A DNA stretch of 64,000 bases from an uncultured virus (IMG/VR IMGVR_UViG_3300038423_000131) (Duplodnaviria; Heunggongvirae; Uroviricota; Caudoviricetes), in IMG/VR virus record IMGVR_UViG_3300038423_000131, one strand, 5' to 3'. Below are positions 62,910-64,000 of this stretch, piece after piece; the first letter of the stretch is position 1; each line of letters begins with the position of its first letter. The translations under genes were made by a program, and so were the position numbers. Under the pieces are notes generated by a model. That model saw only the letters and a program-made list of their open reading frames with translations, was not told where the DNA came from and did no database searches.

Positions 62910-64000
62910 TTGCGGATTTGTCTTATAACAGAGTTTAATCAGGAAAATTATTACCAATGGAGAGAAGCATGGAGTGTTGATATGCAAATTAAACTTCAAA
63001 CCCTTGTAGAAACTGTAGTGATAAATCCCTCAACATTACATTCTCATAATGATGATAGTTCATATTGGAACCCATTAAGAAATGCAGATTTAGTTTTTGT
63101 TTATATTAGTAGATGTAATGCACCAAATTATCCATATGAACGTAATGGTAAACAAGAATATTGGAATTGGTGGAATTTACCAAGAGTAGCTAAACAATTT
63201 ATGAAGCCCGAAGCCAAGATGATTGCACAAACTGATGATGAATGGATATGGCTTGAACATCCAAAATGGATGTGGTGGGGTAATAAGCCAGTAGATAATT
63301 ATGGTGGAGCAGACCAATTCTTTAAAAATAACAAAATACTTGAAATACCCGATATATGGTTTACAGTTTTAGAGAATCCATATTGGAAAAAATATACTTC
63401 TAAACCAAACAAATATATGCCACTTCCCCACTTATGGAGATACATCAAAGAAATCCATAAAGCAGATATAAAATATTCCAATAATGGACTATTAAACATG
63501 CATCATAAGACATTGGCTCTTTTAAGACATTCAAGTAGTGTATCTGATATATATTCATCAATTAAATATGTTGCTGAACCACTTAATTTATCAGTTACAT
63601 ATTTTTCAACTTGTTGGACTGACCCACATATCCCTAAATTTAATGTTCCAGTTACAACAGAACTTTTTGTTAATAGAGACCGATATATGGAATTACTTAT
63701 AGATAATTGTATGGTTGCTATTGATGATTGTAGTAAATATATAGGTTGGTCAAGGTTTGCTATGGAATGTGCGATGTCGTATGTGCCATGTATAGGTTCA
63801 AATTTTGCAGTTAAATTGTTTTTCCCAGAATTATATACAGAACATGAAGATTATTCTAAACAAATTGAATTAATTAAACAATTGCTTAATGATAGCCAAT
63901 TTTATAAGAAGATTGTTGATGATGCACATTATAGAATGGCTATTCATCTTAATCCAGAAAGATTATGTGGAGAAATGTTAAAAATAATAAGAGAAGAACT
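62910..64000 (+). CDS. GT-B glycosyltransferase, runs off the window end
   Basis: TTG start MRICLITE; GWSRFAMECAMSYVPCIGS resembles the GT4 E-A-M-x-x-G-x-P motif. Confidence 0.6.
   Translation, partial: MRICLITEFNQENYYQWREAWSVDMQIKLQTLVETVVINPSTLHSHNDDSSYWNPLRNADLVFVYISRCNAPNYPYERNGKQEYWNWWNLPRVAKQFMKPEAKMIAQTDDEWIWLEHPKWMWWGNKPVDNYGGADQFFKNNKILEIPDIWFTVLENPYWKKYTSKPNKYMPLPHLWRYIKEIHKADIKYSNNGLLNMHHKTLALLRHSSSVSDIYSSIKYVAEPLNLSVTYFSTCWTDPHIPKFNVPVTTELFVNRDRYMELLIDNCMVAIDDCSKYIGWSRFAMECAMSYVPCIGSNFAVKLFFPELYTEHEDYSKQIELIKQLLNDSQFYKKIVDDAHYRMAIHLNPERLCGEMLKIIREE

Overview
AT-rich segment of a head-tail (Caudoviricetes-type) archaeal virus genome. It encodes TerL, portal, prohead protease, scaffold, an HK97-type capsid protein, tail tube, tail chaperone with a -1 frameshift, tape measure and tail-tip/fibre proteins. 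Replication and nucleotide genes are archaeal-type: PolB, MCM, PriS-PriL fusion primase, RadA, class II RNR with CobO, and dCMP deaminase. BRE/TATA promoters, intron-containing tRNAs, eS30, LysW and a PolB1-like polymerase suggest a TACK host, possibly Bathyarchaeia (inference). The main finding is a TIGR-Tas-like RNA-guided locus at 26247-28679. It has a nuclease-less Nop/IS110-related protein and three 36-nt dual-repeat arrays (TGTGAACC / TGTAAAAC) that bracket a circularly permuted metallophosphoesterase. Other highlights: promoter-carrying HNH cassettes inserted in polB and cobO that supply a new in-frame start; an intron-containing tRNA that would splice to a UUA (ochre) anticodon close to a gene with an internal TAA; a viral eS30; a LysW interrupted at CCC-TGA; several unexplained structured RNAs; and a recurrent 16-bp palindromic operator. 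All calls come from reading motifs by eye. No database searches were run.
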